A stretch of 37,726 nt of DNA from Planctomycetota bacterium (GTDB lineage: Bacteria > Planctomycetota > UBA11346). Positions within the stretch are counted from its first letter, which is position 1; the number at the start of each line of letters is the position of its first letter. The notes under the pieces are model-generated. The model saw only the letters and a program-made list of their open reading frames with translations, was not told the DNA's origin and made no database searches. The position numbers were made by a program, and so were the translations under genes. This document shows positions 15,869-26,095 of this stretch, piece after piece. The stretch covers positions 1 through 37,726 of the forward strand of contig JAFLCQ010000005.1 in NCBI GenBank assembly GCA_017302815.1. The letters run 5' to 3'.

Positions 15869-17443
15869 TCAGGCCGATGACTGGCGATCAACCCGCTCGA
15901 CGCCGCCATGGCGGAGGTAGAACCACCAGACCAACGCGAGGCAGATGCTGTAGTAGGCCGCAAAGCCGAAGAAGGCGCGCTCCGGGGTGTGTGCCGCAAT
16001 GTGCTGGCCGAGGATCTTCGGGATCACGAAGGCACCATAGGCGGCAATGGCGGAGATCCAACCCAGCACGGCGCCAGCAAGCTGGGCGGGGACGATGAAG
16101 GGGACGATACGGAAGTTCGCCCCCATGCTGAGACCCGAGCAGATGAACAGTACGATCACGGTGACAAGAAAGGGCGGGAACCACGACAAACGGTCAGCGC
16201 TCGCCAGCGCTATCGGCAGCATGATTGCCAGGGCGATGACGGCTGCCAGCATCACCAAGCCGGCAGCGCAGGTGACCCGTGCACCGCCCACGCGATCGGA
16301 CAGCCAGCCGCCGACGGCGCGCATCAGCGAACCCACCAGTGGGCCGATCCAAGCGTAATGGAACGGGTTGGGAGCTCCGACCAGCGGAACGCCATCCGCT
16401 CCGCTCGAGAAGATGTCCTGGATGAATTTGGGGAACGAGGCGCTGAAGCCGATGAACGAACCGAAGGACATGGTGTAGACCAGCGTCATGATCCAGGTGT
16501 GCCGGTTCGGGAAGATGGCGAACTGGCGCTGCAAATTCGCCCGGACCGCCGCCGGGGTGCCGTAGCGCATCGCGAGCAGCGCGAACACGGTGGCCAGCGG
16601 CAGCACGATGAGCCAATGCAGTCCGAGGCCGATGAGCAGGTACAACCCAGCGCCAGCGGCGACAAGGCTGATCAGCACGACCCAGGTAGCCCGAAGGAAA
16701 GCTGGCAACTGCGCCGTCCGGGTGTGCGGCGGCAAGGTGCTCGCACCGAACCAGGCGATGAGGCCGCAGACGAGGCAGAGCGGGACCCACATCAGGGTAC
16801 TGTTCTGGATCCACAGCGGCGAACCGATGGCGCGACCGCCGGCCGGCACGACGAGCGGCAAGGGCGGACCAGTCAGCGCACCGAGCACGGCGCAACCGGC
16901 TACCACGGGTACAGTGAACTGCATCAGACTGACGCCGAGGTTGCCGATGCCGGCGTTGACCCCCAGCGCCATCCCCTGCATGCGCTTCGGGAAGAACCCC
17001 GAGATGTTCGCCATCGACGAGGCGAAGACGGCGCCGCCCTGCCCGGAGAGCATGGCGAGCACGCAGAACGTCGTGTACGGGGTCTCCCGGTCACGCAGCG
17101 CCAGACCGGTCAGCAGCGCCGGGACGGCCAGCAGCAGGGTCGAGGCGGCCATCACCAGCCGACCACCGGCGATGCCGAGCAGGAAGCTGTGCGACAGACG
17201 CATCATAGCGCCAGACAGGCCGGCGATGGCCGGGAGCTGGTAGAGTTGGGCCTTGCTGAAGGGGAACCCAACCTGCTCCATCTGCACGATCAGCACCGAC
17301 CAGACCATCCAGGTGGCGAAACCCAGCAGCAGGCAGGACATGCTGATGAGCAGGTTGCGGCAGGCCGTCCGCTGTCCGCCATCCTGCCAGCACCCGGCGC
17401 ACTCGGGATCCCAACCGTCGAGCGTCCGCGTCGTCCCGACCAT
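15869..17443 (-). CDS. narK: MFS nitrate/nitrite transporter NarK
   Basis: RNLLISMSCLLLGFATWMVWS, 12+ TMs, start 3 nt after the narI stop. Confidence 0.9.
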   Translation of the reverse strand: MVGTTRTLDGWDPECAGCWQDGGQRTACRNLLISMSCLLLGFATWMVWSVLIVQMEQVGFPFSKAQLYQLPAIAGLSGAMMRLSHSFLLGIAGGRLVMAASTLLLAVPALLTGLALRDRETPYTTFCVLAMLSGQGGAVFASSMANISGFFPKRMQGMALGVNAGIGNLGVSLMQFTVPVVAGCAVLGALTGPPLPLVVPAGGRAIGSPLWIQNSTLMWVPLCLVCGLIAWFGASTLPPHTRTAQLPAFLRATWVVLISLVAAGAGLYLLIGLGLHWLIVLPLATVFALLAMRYGTPAAVRANLQRQFAIFPNRHTWIMTLVYTMSFGSFIGFSASFPKFIQDIFSSGADGVPLVGAPNPFHYAWIGPLVGSLMRAVGGWLSDRVGGARVTCAAGLVMLAAVIALAIMLPIALASADRLSWFPPFLVTVIVLFICSGLSMGANFRIVPFIVPAQLAGAVLGWISAIAAYGAFVIPKILGQHIAAHTPERAFFGFAAYYSICLALVWWFYLRHGGVERVDRQSSA

Positions 17444-17446
17444 CGT

Positions 17447-18175
17447 TCACGACCTGGCTTGGGTCCGGGTAGTCGCCCGGCCGCTGGTCCGCACCAGACG
17501 CCGATCGGCATACCAGCGCTGGTGCTGCTGCTTCCAGAAGGCGTAGCTGAACGGGGCGACCAGGAGGTGGACCAGGCGGGTGAACGGAAAGATGATGATC
17601 AGCAGCCACGCGCCGAGCACATGCGCGAGGACCAGATCCGGCATGGCGGCCACGGCTCCGGCATCCGGGCTGAGGGTGACCAGCGACCACAGGTAAGGCG
17701 CCATCACCGCGGCGTACCACGAACTGCCCCAGGGATACCACAAGGCGATGGCGATGCCGGTGAGGATCTGCCCAGCCAGCAGCGCCAGCAGGATGACGTC
17801 CATCCGGCTGGTCACGACGCGGACCCGGGGGTGGAAGATGCGCCTGGAGATGTAGCCGGCGATGCCGGCGAGAGCGAGCAGGCCGCCGACTAAGGCGGTG
17901 ATTTCCAGGATCGCTAGGCGATACGGATCAGCATTCCAGGCCAGGATCTGCCCGGGCACCAGGAAAGCGACAAGGTGGCCGCCGAGGACCAGCAATACAC
18001 CCCAGTGGAAGGCGAGCGAGGCCCAGAACTGGTGGTGGTTCTCCAGGAACTGCGTCGACAGGGCCGAATAGGTGAAGGGCAGACGCCGGTAGCGCCAGAT
18101 CGACGCGCCGACCAGCGTGGCCACGGCGACATAGGGCAGCACGACAAGGAGGGCGAAGGCGAGATGATCGTTCAT
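17447..18175 (-). CDS. narI: Respiratory nitrate reductase gamma subunit (cytochrome b)
   Basis: MNDHLAFALLVVLPYVAVATLVGASIWRYRR..., 5 TMs with conserved His residues, overlaps the narJ stop. Confidence 0.95.
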   Translation of the reverse strand: MNDHLAFALLVVLPYVAVATLVGASIWRYRRLPFTYSALSTQFLENHHQFWASLAFHWGVLLVLGGHLVAFLVPGQILAWNADPYRLAILEITALVGGLLALAGIAGYISRRIFHPRVRVVTSRMDVILLALLAGQILTGIAIALWYPWGSSWYAAVMAPYLWSLVTLSPDAGAVAAMPDLVLAHVLGAWLLIIIFPFTRLVHLLVAPFSYAFWKQQHQRWYADRRLVRTSGRATTRTQARS

Positions 18176-18699
18176 GAGGCGGCCCTGGCGACCGGCGTCG
18201 CGGTGCAGATGGAGGCGAAGGCGTCGAGCGGAAAGATGTAGGGGCTGTGCAGCTTCTCGAGGTTCGTCCGCAGAGTCGCGCAGGCTGGCTGGACGCAGGC
18301 CGCCATGAAGTCGGCAGCCTCGTCATCCGGCAGCAGTTCCAGCAGGTGCAGGGCATGGATCAGATGATCGGGCAGGCAGCCGACCTCGTCGATGTGGTGC
18401 TCCGCCAGCATGCCGCGCAACTTTGACAGGTAGATGCCACGCGCGTACTGCTCGCCGAAAAGATGCCAGCCCAGCTACAGGGTGGTGTCGCCGGTGAGGT
18501 CGAAGGTCTGGGTGTAGCGTTCCTGCAGTTCGTGCAGGCTGCGCATCGTCAGATCGCCCGCGAACGGCTGGAGGTGCTCCTCGGCCTGGTACAGACCCGC
18601 TTGACGCAGGCCATTGCGGGCCGTCTGCAGATCCTCGATCAGGCGGGTCTGGGGATAGGCGAAGAGGCGGGAGATCGCCAGGCAGCAGGGCAGGCCCAT
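18172..18699 (-). pseudogene. narJ: Nitrate reductase Mo-cofactor assembly chaperone NarJ, interrupted by one in-frame TAG (18475-18477)
   Basis: Same frame on both sides: ...ERYTQTFDLTGDTTL * LGWHLFGEQYARGIYLSKLRGMLAEHHIDEVGCLPDHLIHALHLLELLP... This aligns with the E. coli NarJ core (YSELFD...LLLFEHVHGE...ELPDHLPLYLEYL). The ATG is 1 nt after the narH stop. Confidence 0.8.
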
Positions 18700-18700
18700 G

Positions 18701-20194
18701 TCAGGGTCCCCGCTTCGGCCCGTCGACGAAGCCGAAGCCGGTCGACTGCTTGACCTCGTGCGGATCCTCAAGCATCTCCAGCGCCTGTTCGCGATGCATC
18801 GGCGGGATGACGAAGCGATCCTCGAAGGTGCACAGGCTGGTCAGGCGGTAGATATCCTCAGCCTCCTCTGGCGTGCAGTCGGCCTGCTTCAGACAGATCT
18901 CTGCTTCGGCCTTGGTGACATCGCCAACCGTGCAGGCGCGCCGCCACATCCGCACGGCCTTCTGCTTGGCCAGGGCGTAGCGCACCACGCCTTCATTGCC
19001 GGCCCCGAGCAGGGTCGTCAGGTAGGCCATCGGCACCCGCGCCTCGTCGATGTCGTGGAACAGGTTGCCATCCTTGGCATTGGAGGTGCCGCCTGAGACG
19101 GTGGACATCACCGGCGATAAGGGCGGGACGTAGAACAGCATCGGCAGGGTGCGGTATTCGATGTGCGGCGGCAGGGCGATGCGCCAGATCTTGACGAACT
19201 TGTAGACCGGCGACTTCTGTGCCGATTCGATCACCGAGTCATGGATGCCGTTCTCCCGGGCCGCCTGGATCACCGCCGGGTCGTTCGGGTCGAGGATCAT
19301 CCGGCGTTGCGCCTCAACCAGATCGACGTCCTTGGACGAGGCGACCTCGTGAATGCGGTCGGCATCGTAGAGGACCACGCCGAGATAGCGGATGCGGCCG
19401 ACGCAGGAGTGGAAGCAGGCCGGCGCCTGCCCGGTCTCCAGTCGCGGGAAGCAGAGGATGCACTTTTCCGACTTGCCGGTCGACCAGTTGTAGTAGGTCT
19501 TCTTGTAGGGGCAGGCGGCGACACAGGCGCGCCAGCCGCGGCAACGCTTCTGGTCGACCAGGACCAAGCCGTCCTCGCCGCGCTTGTACAGCGCCCCGGA
19601 CGGGCAGGAGGCGACGCAACTCGGATTGAGGCAGTGGTTGCAGATGCGCGGCAGATAGAACATCACCAGACGCTCGACCGAGAAGAGCTGGCGCTTCTGG
19701 TCGTCGGTCAGTTGGGCGAGATTGGGGTCATTGCGCGCGTACAGCGGCGTGCCGGAGAGATCATCATCCCAGTTCGGGCCGGCCTTGATGTCGATCGGCT
19801 TGCCGCTGACCATCGAGATGGGCCGCGCCGTCGGCTGGTCTGTGCCGGGCGGCGCGTTGAAGAGGTTTTGGTAGTCGTAGGTCCACGGCTCGTAGTAATC
19901 GTCCATCGCCGGCTGGCGCGGATGGTGGAACAGGTTGGCGACCAGGCCGGTCGATTTGGAGGTCGAGCGCAGCCGCAGGTCGCCACCCTCGGCAGTCCAG
20001 CCGCCCTGGTAACACTGCTGGTCCTCCCACTTCGTCGGATAGCCGGTACCCGGCTTCGTCTCGACGTTGTTCCACCACATGTACTCGCTGCCCTTGCGAT
20101 CGGTCCAGATGTTCTTGCAGGCGATGGAGCAGGTGTGGCAACCGATGCACTTGTCGAGATGGAAGACCATCGCGATCTGGGAGCGGACATCCAT
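18701..20194 (-). CDS. narH: Respiratory nitrate reductase beta subunit (Fe-S)
   Basis: MDVRSQIAMVFHLDKCIGCHTCSIACKNIWTDRKGSEYMWWNNVETKPG..., with four Fe-S Cys groups. Confidence 0.97.
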   Translation of the reverse strand: MDVRSQIAMVFHLDKCIGCHTCSIACKNIWTDRKGSEYMWWNNVETKPGTGYPTKWEDQQCYQGGWTAEGGDLRLRSTSKSTGLVANLFHHPRQPAMDDYYEPWTYDYQNLFNAPPGTDQPTARPISMVSGKPIDIKAGPNWDDDLSGTPLYARNDPNLAQLTDDQKRQLFSVERLVMFYLPRICNHCLNPSCVASCPSGALYKRGEDGLVLVDQKRCRGWRACVAACPYKKTYYNWSTGKSEKCILCFPRLETGQAPACFHSCVGRIRYLGVVLYDADRIHEVASSKDVDLVEAQRRMILDPNDPAVIQAARENGIHDSVIESAQKSPVYKFVKIWRIALPPHIEYRTLPMLFYVPPLSPVMSTVSGGTSNAKDGNLFHDIDEARVPMAYLTTLLGAGNEGVVRYALAKQKAVRMWRRACTVGDVTKAEAEICLKQADCTPEEAEDIYRLTSLCTFEDRFVIPPMHREQALEMLEDPHEVKQSTGFGFVDGPKRGP

Positions 20195-20236
20195 GTCAGT
20201 GGTCTCGTTTCGTCGTTGGAGGATCGTTCAATGCTG

Positions 20237-23200
20237 TCACCAGTTCACGCCCGGCAGCTTGCGCACCAGGATGTGGGTGTCGCGGTTGCAACCGATCGGC
20301 CCCCAATAGTTGAAGTGGTAGGTGAACTGGCCGTAGCCGCCGAACAGGAGATTCGGCTTCATGCGCGTCCGGGTCAGCGAATTATTCATACCTGCCCGCT
20401 TGTTCCCACGGCCGGGCGACAGCGGCACGCCGACGGTGCGCTCGGTGGCATGGTAGATGATGCACACCCCGCGGGGTATGCGGGCTGAGATATTGGCCCT
20501 AGTGACGACGACACCGTGATCGTTGGTGACCTCGACCCAGTCGTTGTCAGCGATGTCGAGTTCGCGCGCGTCCTCCTCGCTCAACCAGAACGGATCGATG
20601 CCGCGCGAGAGGGTTGTCATACGCTGATTGTCGCCGTAGGTCGAATGGATGTGCCATTTGCCATGCGGCGTCAGCAGGTTGAGCATCTTGGTCTGCCCGC
20701 CCTCCTTGGAGAAGGCGAGGTCAGCGTACTGCGTCGGGATCGGACGCGGCTTGTAGGTCGGCACGTGCTCGCCGAACTGGATGTAGCCAGGGTGATCAAG
20801 GTAGAAGTGCTGCCGTCCGGTCAGGGTTCGCCAGGGGACGCCAGTCTCGACATTGTAGGTGAACGGGGCATATGGCCGGCCATTTTCCGTCAGCCCCGAC
20901 CACATCGGACTGTTGAGCAGGCGCATCGGCTTCGCCTGCAGATCCTTGTAGGTAACGCGGACGTTGCGCGACTTCTCGGCGAGGTGGACGAGGGGGACAC
21001 CGGTGCGTTCCTCCATGTCGCGGTAGGAGCGATAGGCCAGCTCGCCGTTGGTCACCGTCGCGCAGCGCAGGATGACATCGCACACCAGTTCATCTTCGGC
21101 CAGGGACGGATACGATTTGCCGTCGAAGCGGTACGGAGGCTTCTCGCGCAGGATACGATCGTACTCATCCTCAATGCCATAGTGCGTCCCGTGCGCGCCG
21201 AGGCCGTTGGCGCGGGCCAGCGGTCCGAACGAGCAGTACTGGTTGAAGACGTTGGCGTAGTCGCGGGTGACGACGCGGAATCCCGGCATGGTCTTGCCGG
21301 GGATCGCCTCGCACTCGCCGGTCTTCCAGTCGAGCATCGCGGCCTGGCTAATCTCGGCCGGAGAATCATGGGCCAGCGGCGTGGCGACGACGTCACGCAC
21401 GGGCTGTGGGAACTCGCGGGCCGAGATGGCCGAGAAGCTGCGGGCGATACCCTTGAAAATCTGCCAGTCGCTCTTCGATTCCCAGCATGGCGGCACTGCC
21501 GCCGACAACGGGTGGATGAAGCTGTGCATGTCGGTCGAGTTGAGATCGGCCTTCTCGTACCACGAGGCTGCCGGCAGGACGATGTCGCTGTACATCGCCG
21601 AGGTGTCCATGCGGAAGTTCAGATCGACGACCAGGTCCATCTTGCCAGTGGGAGCCTTCTCGTGCCACACCACCTCCTTGGCCTGGTCCTTGGCGAAGTC
21701 GTCGCTGGCGACAGCGTTGGTGTGCGTGCCGAGGTAGTGCTTGAGAAAGTATTCGTGACCCTTGGCGCTGGTGCCGATGGCATTGCCGCGCCAGATGATC
21801 CACACCCGCGGCCAGTTCGCCTCGGCATCCGGATCCTCGACCGAGAAGCGTAGCGATCCATCTTTCAGCCGACGCACCACCTCGCCTACCACCGCCTCGG
21901 GGGTGGTCGCGCCGGCGGCCTCGGCCTCCTTGACCACATCCAGCGGGTTGCTGGCGAACTGCGGATAGAACGGCATCCAGCCGCTGCGTACCGCCCGCAC
22001 CTGCAGGTCCATGGTGTGGCCGTGCGCCAGGCTGCCGGGCGGCTGGTGGCTGGGGACGGTATGGTAGTCGGTGAACGACTTTTCGTAGCGCCACTGGTCG
22101 GTGTTGACGTAGTGCCAGCTGGTGCCGTTCTGCAGGCGCGAGGCCGGCACCCAGTCCTTGGCGAAGGCGATCGCGCCCCAGGACTCGCCGGGCGCAAGCT
22201 TCTCCTGGCCGACGTAGTGGGCCAGGCCGCCGCCATTGACGCCGACGCAGCCGGTAAACATCAGCGCATGCATGCCGGCCCGGTACATCAGGTTCGCATG
22301 GTACCAGTGGTTGATCCCCGCGCCGATGATGATCGTGCACTTGCCGCCAGTCAGCTCGGCGGTCCGGCCCCATTCGCGGGCGAAGCGGATGACCGCCTTG
22401 CGGTCCATGCCGGTGAGCCGTTCGCTCCAGGCCGGGGTGTATGGAGCCTCGGCGTCGTCGTACGAGGTGGGATAGGCGCCACCCAGGCCGCGTTCGACGC
22501 CATACTGCGCCATCAACACATCGTAGACTGTGGCGACCGTGATCTCGCGTCCGTCGGCCCCCTGCAACCGGCGGACCGGAACGCCGCGCAGGCGCTCCTG
22601 GCCGGCGGCGAAGTCGTTGAAGACGGTAGCGACGACGCCATCATTGCGCCCGACGAAGGTGAGTACCGGGTCGATGGCGCTGCCATCGGCGAGGTCCTTC
22701 AGCTGGAGATTCCAGCGCCCCTTCTCCTTCGCCCAGCGCGTACCCACCGCGCCGTGCGGCACGCGGACAGCATCGCTCGCCGCATCCCACATCAGGAACT
22801 GCCAGTCCGGGTTCTCGATAGCGGCATAACGGTCACCGGCGAGACGGTTCGGACGCAGCAGCTGGCCCGGACGCCACGAGTCGCCGGAGGCGGTCAGCTC
22901 GACGAGGAACGGCGCGTCGGTGAACCGCTTGGTGTAGTCGAGGAAGGCTGGGACTTGGCGGGCGTGGTGGAACTCGCTGAGCAGGACATGAACCACCGCC
23001 ATCCACCAGGCGCCATCCTGGCCGGCGTGGATCGGGACCCATTCATCGGCGAACTTCGCGACCTGGTTGAAGTCGGGCGAGAATACCCACATCTTCGAGC
23101 CGTTGTGCCGCGCCTCGGCGGCGAAGTGGCAGTCGGGCGTGCGTGTCATGTTCAGGTTCGCGCCCATCACCGCGAGCAGCTTGGCGTTGAACCAGTCGGC

Positions 23201-23890
23201 CGACTCATGCACGTCGGTCTGCTCGCCCCAGGTCTCGGGCGAGGCCGAGGGCAGGTCGCAGTACCAGTCGTAGAAGGAGAGGGAGATGCCACCGACCAGT
23301 TGCATCAGCCGCGCTCCGGCGGCATAGCTGATCATCGACATGGCCGGGATGGGCGAGAAGCCGGCGATGCGGTCGGGGCCGTGCTTCTTGGCCGTATGAA
23401 CCATCGATGCAGCGATGATCTCGTTGGCCGTGTCCCAGTCGCAACGGCGGAATCCACCCTTGCCGCGGGCCTGCTGCCAACTGCTGCGGGCAGCCGGGTC
23501 GCCGACCAGGGCTGCCCAGGCCCGAACCGGATCGCCATGGCGCTCACGCGCTGTTCTCCACAAATCGAGAAGAGCCCCCCGGATGTAGGGATAGCGAACG
23601 CGCAACGGCGAGTACAGATACCACGAGTAGCTGATGCCGCGCTGGCAGCCGCGCGGCTCGTACGGCGGGATGGCCGAATCGAGCGTCGGATAATCAAGCG
23701 CCTGCATTTCCCAGGTCACGATCCCGTTCTTGACGTAGATGTTCCATGAGCACGAGCCAGTGCAGTTGACACCATGCGTGCTGCGCACGACCTTGTCGTG
23801 CTGCCAGCGGTTGCGGTAGAACTCTTCCCAGCTGCGCAGCTTCGGATCGTCGTGATCCTTGATCCACTCGTGGGCGGTACGATGCGTCAT
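20237..23890 (-). CDS. narG: Respiratory nitrate reductase alpha subunit (Mo-bisMGD)
   Basis: [39 protein letters not shown] (the FS0 H/Cys motif), ~1217 aa. Start chosen at MTHRTAHEW (GAGG SD 5-8 nt upstream) rather than the ATG at 23935. Confidence 0.97.
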   Translation of the reverse strand: MTHRTAHEWIKDHDDPKLRSWEEFYRNRWQHDKVVRSTHGVNCTGSCSWNIYVKNGIVTWEMQALDYPTLDSAIPPYEPRGCQRGISYSWYLYSPLRVRYPYIRGALLDLWRTARERHGDPVRAWAALVGDPAARSSWQQARGKGGFRRCDWDTANEIIAASMVHTAKKHGPDRIAGFSPIPAMSMISYAAGARLMQLVGGISLSFYDWYCDLPSASPETWGEQTDVHESADWFNAKLLAVMGANLNMTRTPDCHFAAEARHNGSKMWVFSPDFNQVAKFADEWVPIHAGQDGAWWMAVVHVLLSEFHHARQVPAFLDYTKRFTDAPFLVELTASGDSWRPGQLLRPNRLAGDRYAAIENPDWQFLMWDAASDAVRVPHGAVGTRWAKEKGRWNLQLKDLADGSAIDPVLTFVGRNDGVVATVFNDFAAGQERLRGVPVRRLQGADGREITVATVYDVLMAQYGVERGLGGAYPTSYDDAEAPYTPAWSERLTGMDRKAVIRFAREWGRTAELTGGKCTIIIGAGINHWYHANLMYRAGMHALMFTGCVGVNGGGLAHYVGQEKLAPGESWGAIAFAKDWVPASRLQNGTSWHYVNTDQWRYEKSFTDYHTVPSHQPPGSLAHGHTMDLQVRAVRSGWMPFYPQFASNPLDVVKEAEAAGATTPEAVVGEVVRRLKDGSLRFSVEDPDAEANWPRVWIIWRGNAIGTSAKGHEYFLKHYLGTHTNAVASDDFAKDQAKEVVWHEKAPTGKMDLVVDLNFRMDTSAMYSDIVLPAASWYEKADLNSTDMHSFIHPLSAAVPPCWESKSDWQIFKGIARSFSAISAREFPQPVRDVVATPLAHDSPAEISQAAMLDWKTGECEAIPGKTMPGFRVVTRDYANVFNQYCSFGPLARANGLGAHGTHYGIEDEYDRILREKPPYRFDGKSYPSLAEDELVCDVILRCATVTNGELAYRSYRDMEERTGVPLVHLAEKSRNVRVTYKDLQAKPMRLLNSPMWSGLTENGRPYAPFTYNVETGVPWRTLTGRQHFYLDHPGYIQFGEHVPTYKPRPIPTQYADLAFSKEGGQTKMLNLLTPHGKWHIHSTYGDNQRMTTLSRGIDPFWLSEEDARELDIADNDWVEVTNDHGVVVTRANISARIPRGVCIIYHATERTVGVPLSPGRGNKRAGMNNSLTRTRMKPNLLFGGYGQFTYHFNYWGPIGCNRDTHILVRKLPGVNW

Positions 23891-23906
23891 GCGACCTCGG
23901 ACAGGT

Positions 23907-25196
23907 TCAGGAACGGTTGGAGCGGGTAATGGCATCTGGGCGAATCGGCTTGAGCGACGCGCGGACCGAATCGACGCGCCGATGCCAGATCAAGTTGAAT
24001 ACGGCCATCACGGCTGCAGCGATGGCGAAGGCGACGATAAAGAACATGCCAGCGCGCGAAAACCGCTCGATGAACTGTTTGAAGGTGGCATGTGGGCCTT
24101 CGGACGTCGCCAGCCAGGCGGCCAAGTCCCGTGCCTCGCCACCCTGGAGCGGATGGGCGGCGAAGAGATCGCGCATCACCGGGGTCGGCGGGGATGCCAG
24201 CCAGGCGGCGAGGCCAGCCTCACCACCCAGACGACCGCCGATGGCGGTGAGATCGGGACCCAGGGACCCGCCGCCGCCAGGGACGGGCAGACCGGCCACG
24301 GCATGACAGGAAACGCAGGATGCACCATGCTTGCCCATGGCGACGCGTCCGGTGAACAGCGACAGACCACGCGCCGGATCGCCTGGCGCCTGCACCTCGG
24401 GTGTGGTCGCCGACACGCTGCGGATATGGTCGAGGATGGCGACAGCCTTGGCCTCATCCATGCCGGTACCGGGCATGACGACGTTGCCATATTCCTTGAG
24501 CATCGCTTGGGCTTCGACGTCCCCGGAATCGAGCACTTTCTTGGGATCGACAATGAAGCGGATCAGCCAATCGCGCTGCCGCCGCTCCTCGACGCCGCGC
24601 AGGTCGGGCCCCAGGCGCCGGCCCTGGCCGATGCTGTGGCAGGCGGCACAAGCCTGCGTGAATAAGGCCTCACCCGTGTCGGCCGCCATCACGGCGCCCG
24701 CGCTCAGCAGGAGCAGGAGGACGGCGGCCGAGGCCGACGATCGCCCCTTGCCAGATGAACGGGGCCGCGGCTTCCTGACGTAGAGGGACCGGGATGGATG
24801 GTTGGTGATGTCGGCGAGCGTCATGGTTTCCAGGAAGTCGAGGTAGGCCCGGTGCACCGCACGCCAGGCATGGTGCGCCGAGCACGGGCGGTCGTCGCGG
24901 CAGGCCACTTGGCGGTTCACCAGGCAGTGCGGTTGGCAGTCGCCGCCATCCAAGGCGATGAACACGGCCTTCAGCCGGATGTCGCGCGCCGGCCGGGCCA
25001 GGCGGTAGCCGCCACCCACGCCGCGCACGGCCTCGACGATGCCGGCCTTGCCGAGCGTCCACAGGATCTTCGACATGTAATTCGCAGGTATGTCGCAATC
25101 CTCCGCCAGTTCATGTCCTTGCTGCAGCTGTCCTGCCGGCCATTCGGCCAGCGCGGCCAGGGCGCGCAGCGCATACTTGATCGTCGACGAGACCAT
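23907..25196 (-). CDS. In-frame fusion: a full Rrf2-family (NsrR/IscR-like) wHTH domain, a signal-anchor TM, a periplasmic diheme cytochrome c (NarC-like) and a C-terminal TM
   Basis: N-terminus [17 protein letters not shown]...GGGYRLARP...C-x3-C-x7-C-x5-C...TLADITNHP. Linker [14 protein letters not shown]. Hydrophobic segment [15 protein letters not shown]. Two heme-c motifs, CAACH and CVSCH, with Met ligand candidates. C-terminal [23 protein letters not shown] plus a basic tail. There is no in-frame stop, and no ATG/GTG/TTG between the Rrf2 end and the hydrophobic core. Confidence 0.75.
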   Translation of the reverse strand: MVSSTIKYALRALAALAEWPAGQLQQGHELAEDCDIPANYMSKILWTLGKAGIVEAVRGVGGGYRLARPARDIRLKAVFIALDGGDCQPHCLVNRQVACRDDRPCSAHHAWRAVHRAYLDFLETMTLADITNHPSRSLYVRKPRPRSSGKGRSSASAAVLLLLLSAGAVMAADTGEALFTQACAACHSIGQGRRLGPDLRGVEERRQRDWLIRFIVDPKKVLDSGDVEAQAMLKEYGNVVMPGTGMDEAKAVAILDHIRSVSATTPEVQAPGDPARGLSLFTGRVAMGKHGASCVSCHAVAGLPVPGGGGSLGPDLTAIGGRLGGEAGLAAWLASPPTPVMRDLFAAHPLQGGEARDLAAWLATSEGPHATFKQFIERFSRAGMFFIVAFAIAAAVMAVFNLIWHRRVDSVRASLKPIRPDAITRSNRS

Positions 25197-25354
25197 GTGC
25201 ACGATACTTCATGCGTACGTGATCAATCGCACGGCGTCAACGCAACCGTGCATGAAATCAACGACATTTACAGTAATTTGTACGCAGCCACATGGGACAT
25301 CAGAACTTAGAATGCGGATCGCTCGATCCACATTGCCGTGACCTGGAGTCGGCC

Positions 25355-25683
25355 TCAGCCGCCGAATGCTGCCATAGTCGCGTGACGACTGAATGCAGGT
25401 GGAGGCGATTTTCCACGCACCGCATACCGGATACGGCGATGGACTTCCTCAAGGTGGCCATCGCGCAATGGCGTGAGCAGATCGTGGCCGCTCTCATCGA
25501 ACAGACAGGTGTGCAGGCGGCCAGGAGAGATCAGCTCGCCGCCCCTGCGACGGCGACCACGGCAGAGATCAGATCCTGAAGTTCCTCGCTGGTCGCTGAC
25601 CCGGGGCGCAGATCTGCCTGCTCTGGCAGCCAGTAGGTGCAGCGCAGGTTGCACTGCTAGGCCAGCGCGACGCGCAGATACAT
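25355..25683 (-). pseudogene. moaA: Relic of GTP 3',8-cyclase MoaA, with an in-frame TAG, a frameshift and a large internal deletion
   Basis: Minus strand reads MYLRVALA*QCNLRCTYWLPEQ...SEELQDLISAV (the MoaA radical-SAM CNxRCxYC region, with the third Cys lost). It then shifts frame to GGELISP-GRLHTCLFDESGHDLLTPLRDGHLEEVHRRIRYAVRGK...MAAFGG*, which is the MoaA C-terminal region including the terminal Gly-Gly. Confidence 0.6.
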
Positions 25684-25690
25684 GGCCTTA

Positions 25691-26095
25691 TCACCGCTGT
25701 GGCATGCAGGACGCTAGCAGGTCGCGTATGGTGGTCTGACGCAGGCGGTGATCAGCGTCCTGGCGCACACCGCTCAGCAATCGATTGACGGCACAGGCGA
25801 GCGCGGGATGACCGAGTTGGCAGGCGCTGCAGGTGGTGAGCCGACCATCGGTCTCGGTGGCCTGCAGGATGTCGTGCACGGTGACCCGCTCGGGCGGGCG
25901 GGAGAGTCGGTAGCCGCCCTTGAAGCCGCGATGGGAGACGAGGAGGCCGGCATCCACCAGCATCTGGAGCACTTTGCTCATGTAGCCGGATGCGACGCCC
26001 GAGGCGATGGCGATATCACGTTTGCTGCACCATTCGCCGGACTTGGCGATGTGCATCACGGCCCGTACGGCGTACTGGCTGGTCAGACCGAACAT
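25691..26095 (-). CDS. Rrf2-family transcriptional regulator (paralog 2)
   Basis: MFGLTSQYAVRAVMHIA...SGYMSKVLQMLVDAGLLVSHRGFKGGYRLSRP. Cys motif C-x2-C-x8-C. Confidence 0.85.
   Translation of the reverse strand: MFGLTSQYAVRAVMHIAKSGEWCSKRDIAIASGVASGYMSKVLQMLVDAGLLVSHRGFKGGYRLSRPPERVTVHDILQATETDGRLTTCSACQLGHPALACAVNRLLSGVRQDADHRLRQTTIRDLLASCMPQR

Noticed and set aside
24729-24797. The cytochrome c as a separate gene with its own start codon downstream of the Rrf2 gene.
   Set aside because: Codon-by-codon reading shows no stop after the Rrf2 domain. It also shows no ATG, GTG or TTG before the hydrophobic signal-anchor. The first possible starts (GTG ATG at the VMA site) would delete the export signal required for heme c attachment.
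25355-25654. The 99-aa minus-strand ORF, first suspected to be a transposase or IS fragment.
   Set aside because: The motifs fit MoaA instead: the C-terminal GRLHTCLF...GG end, plus the upstream CNLRCTY radical-SAM remnant. It was re-interpreted as a moaA relic. No IS inverted repeats or DDE motifs were seen anywhere in the window.
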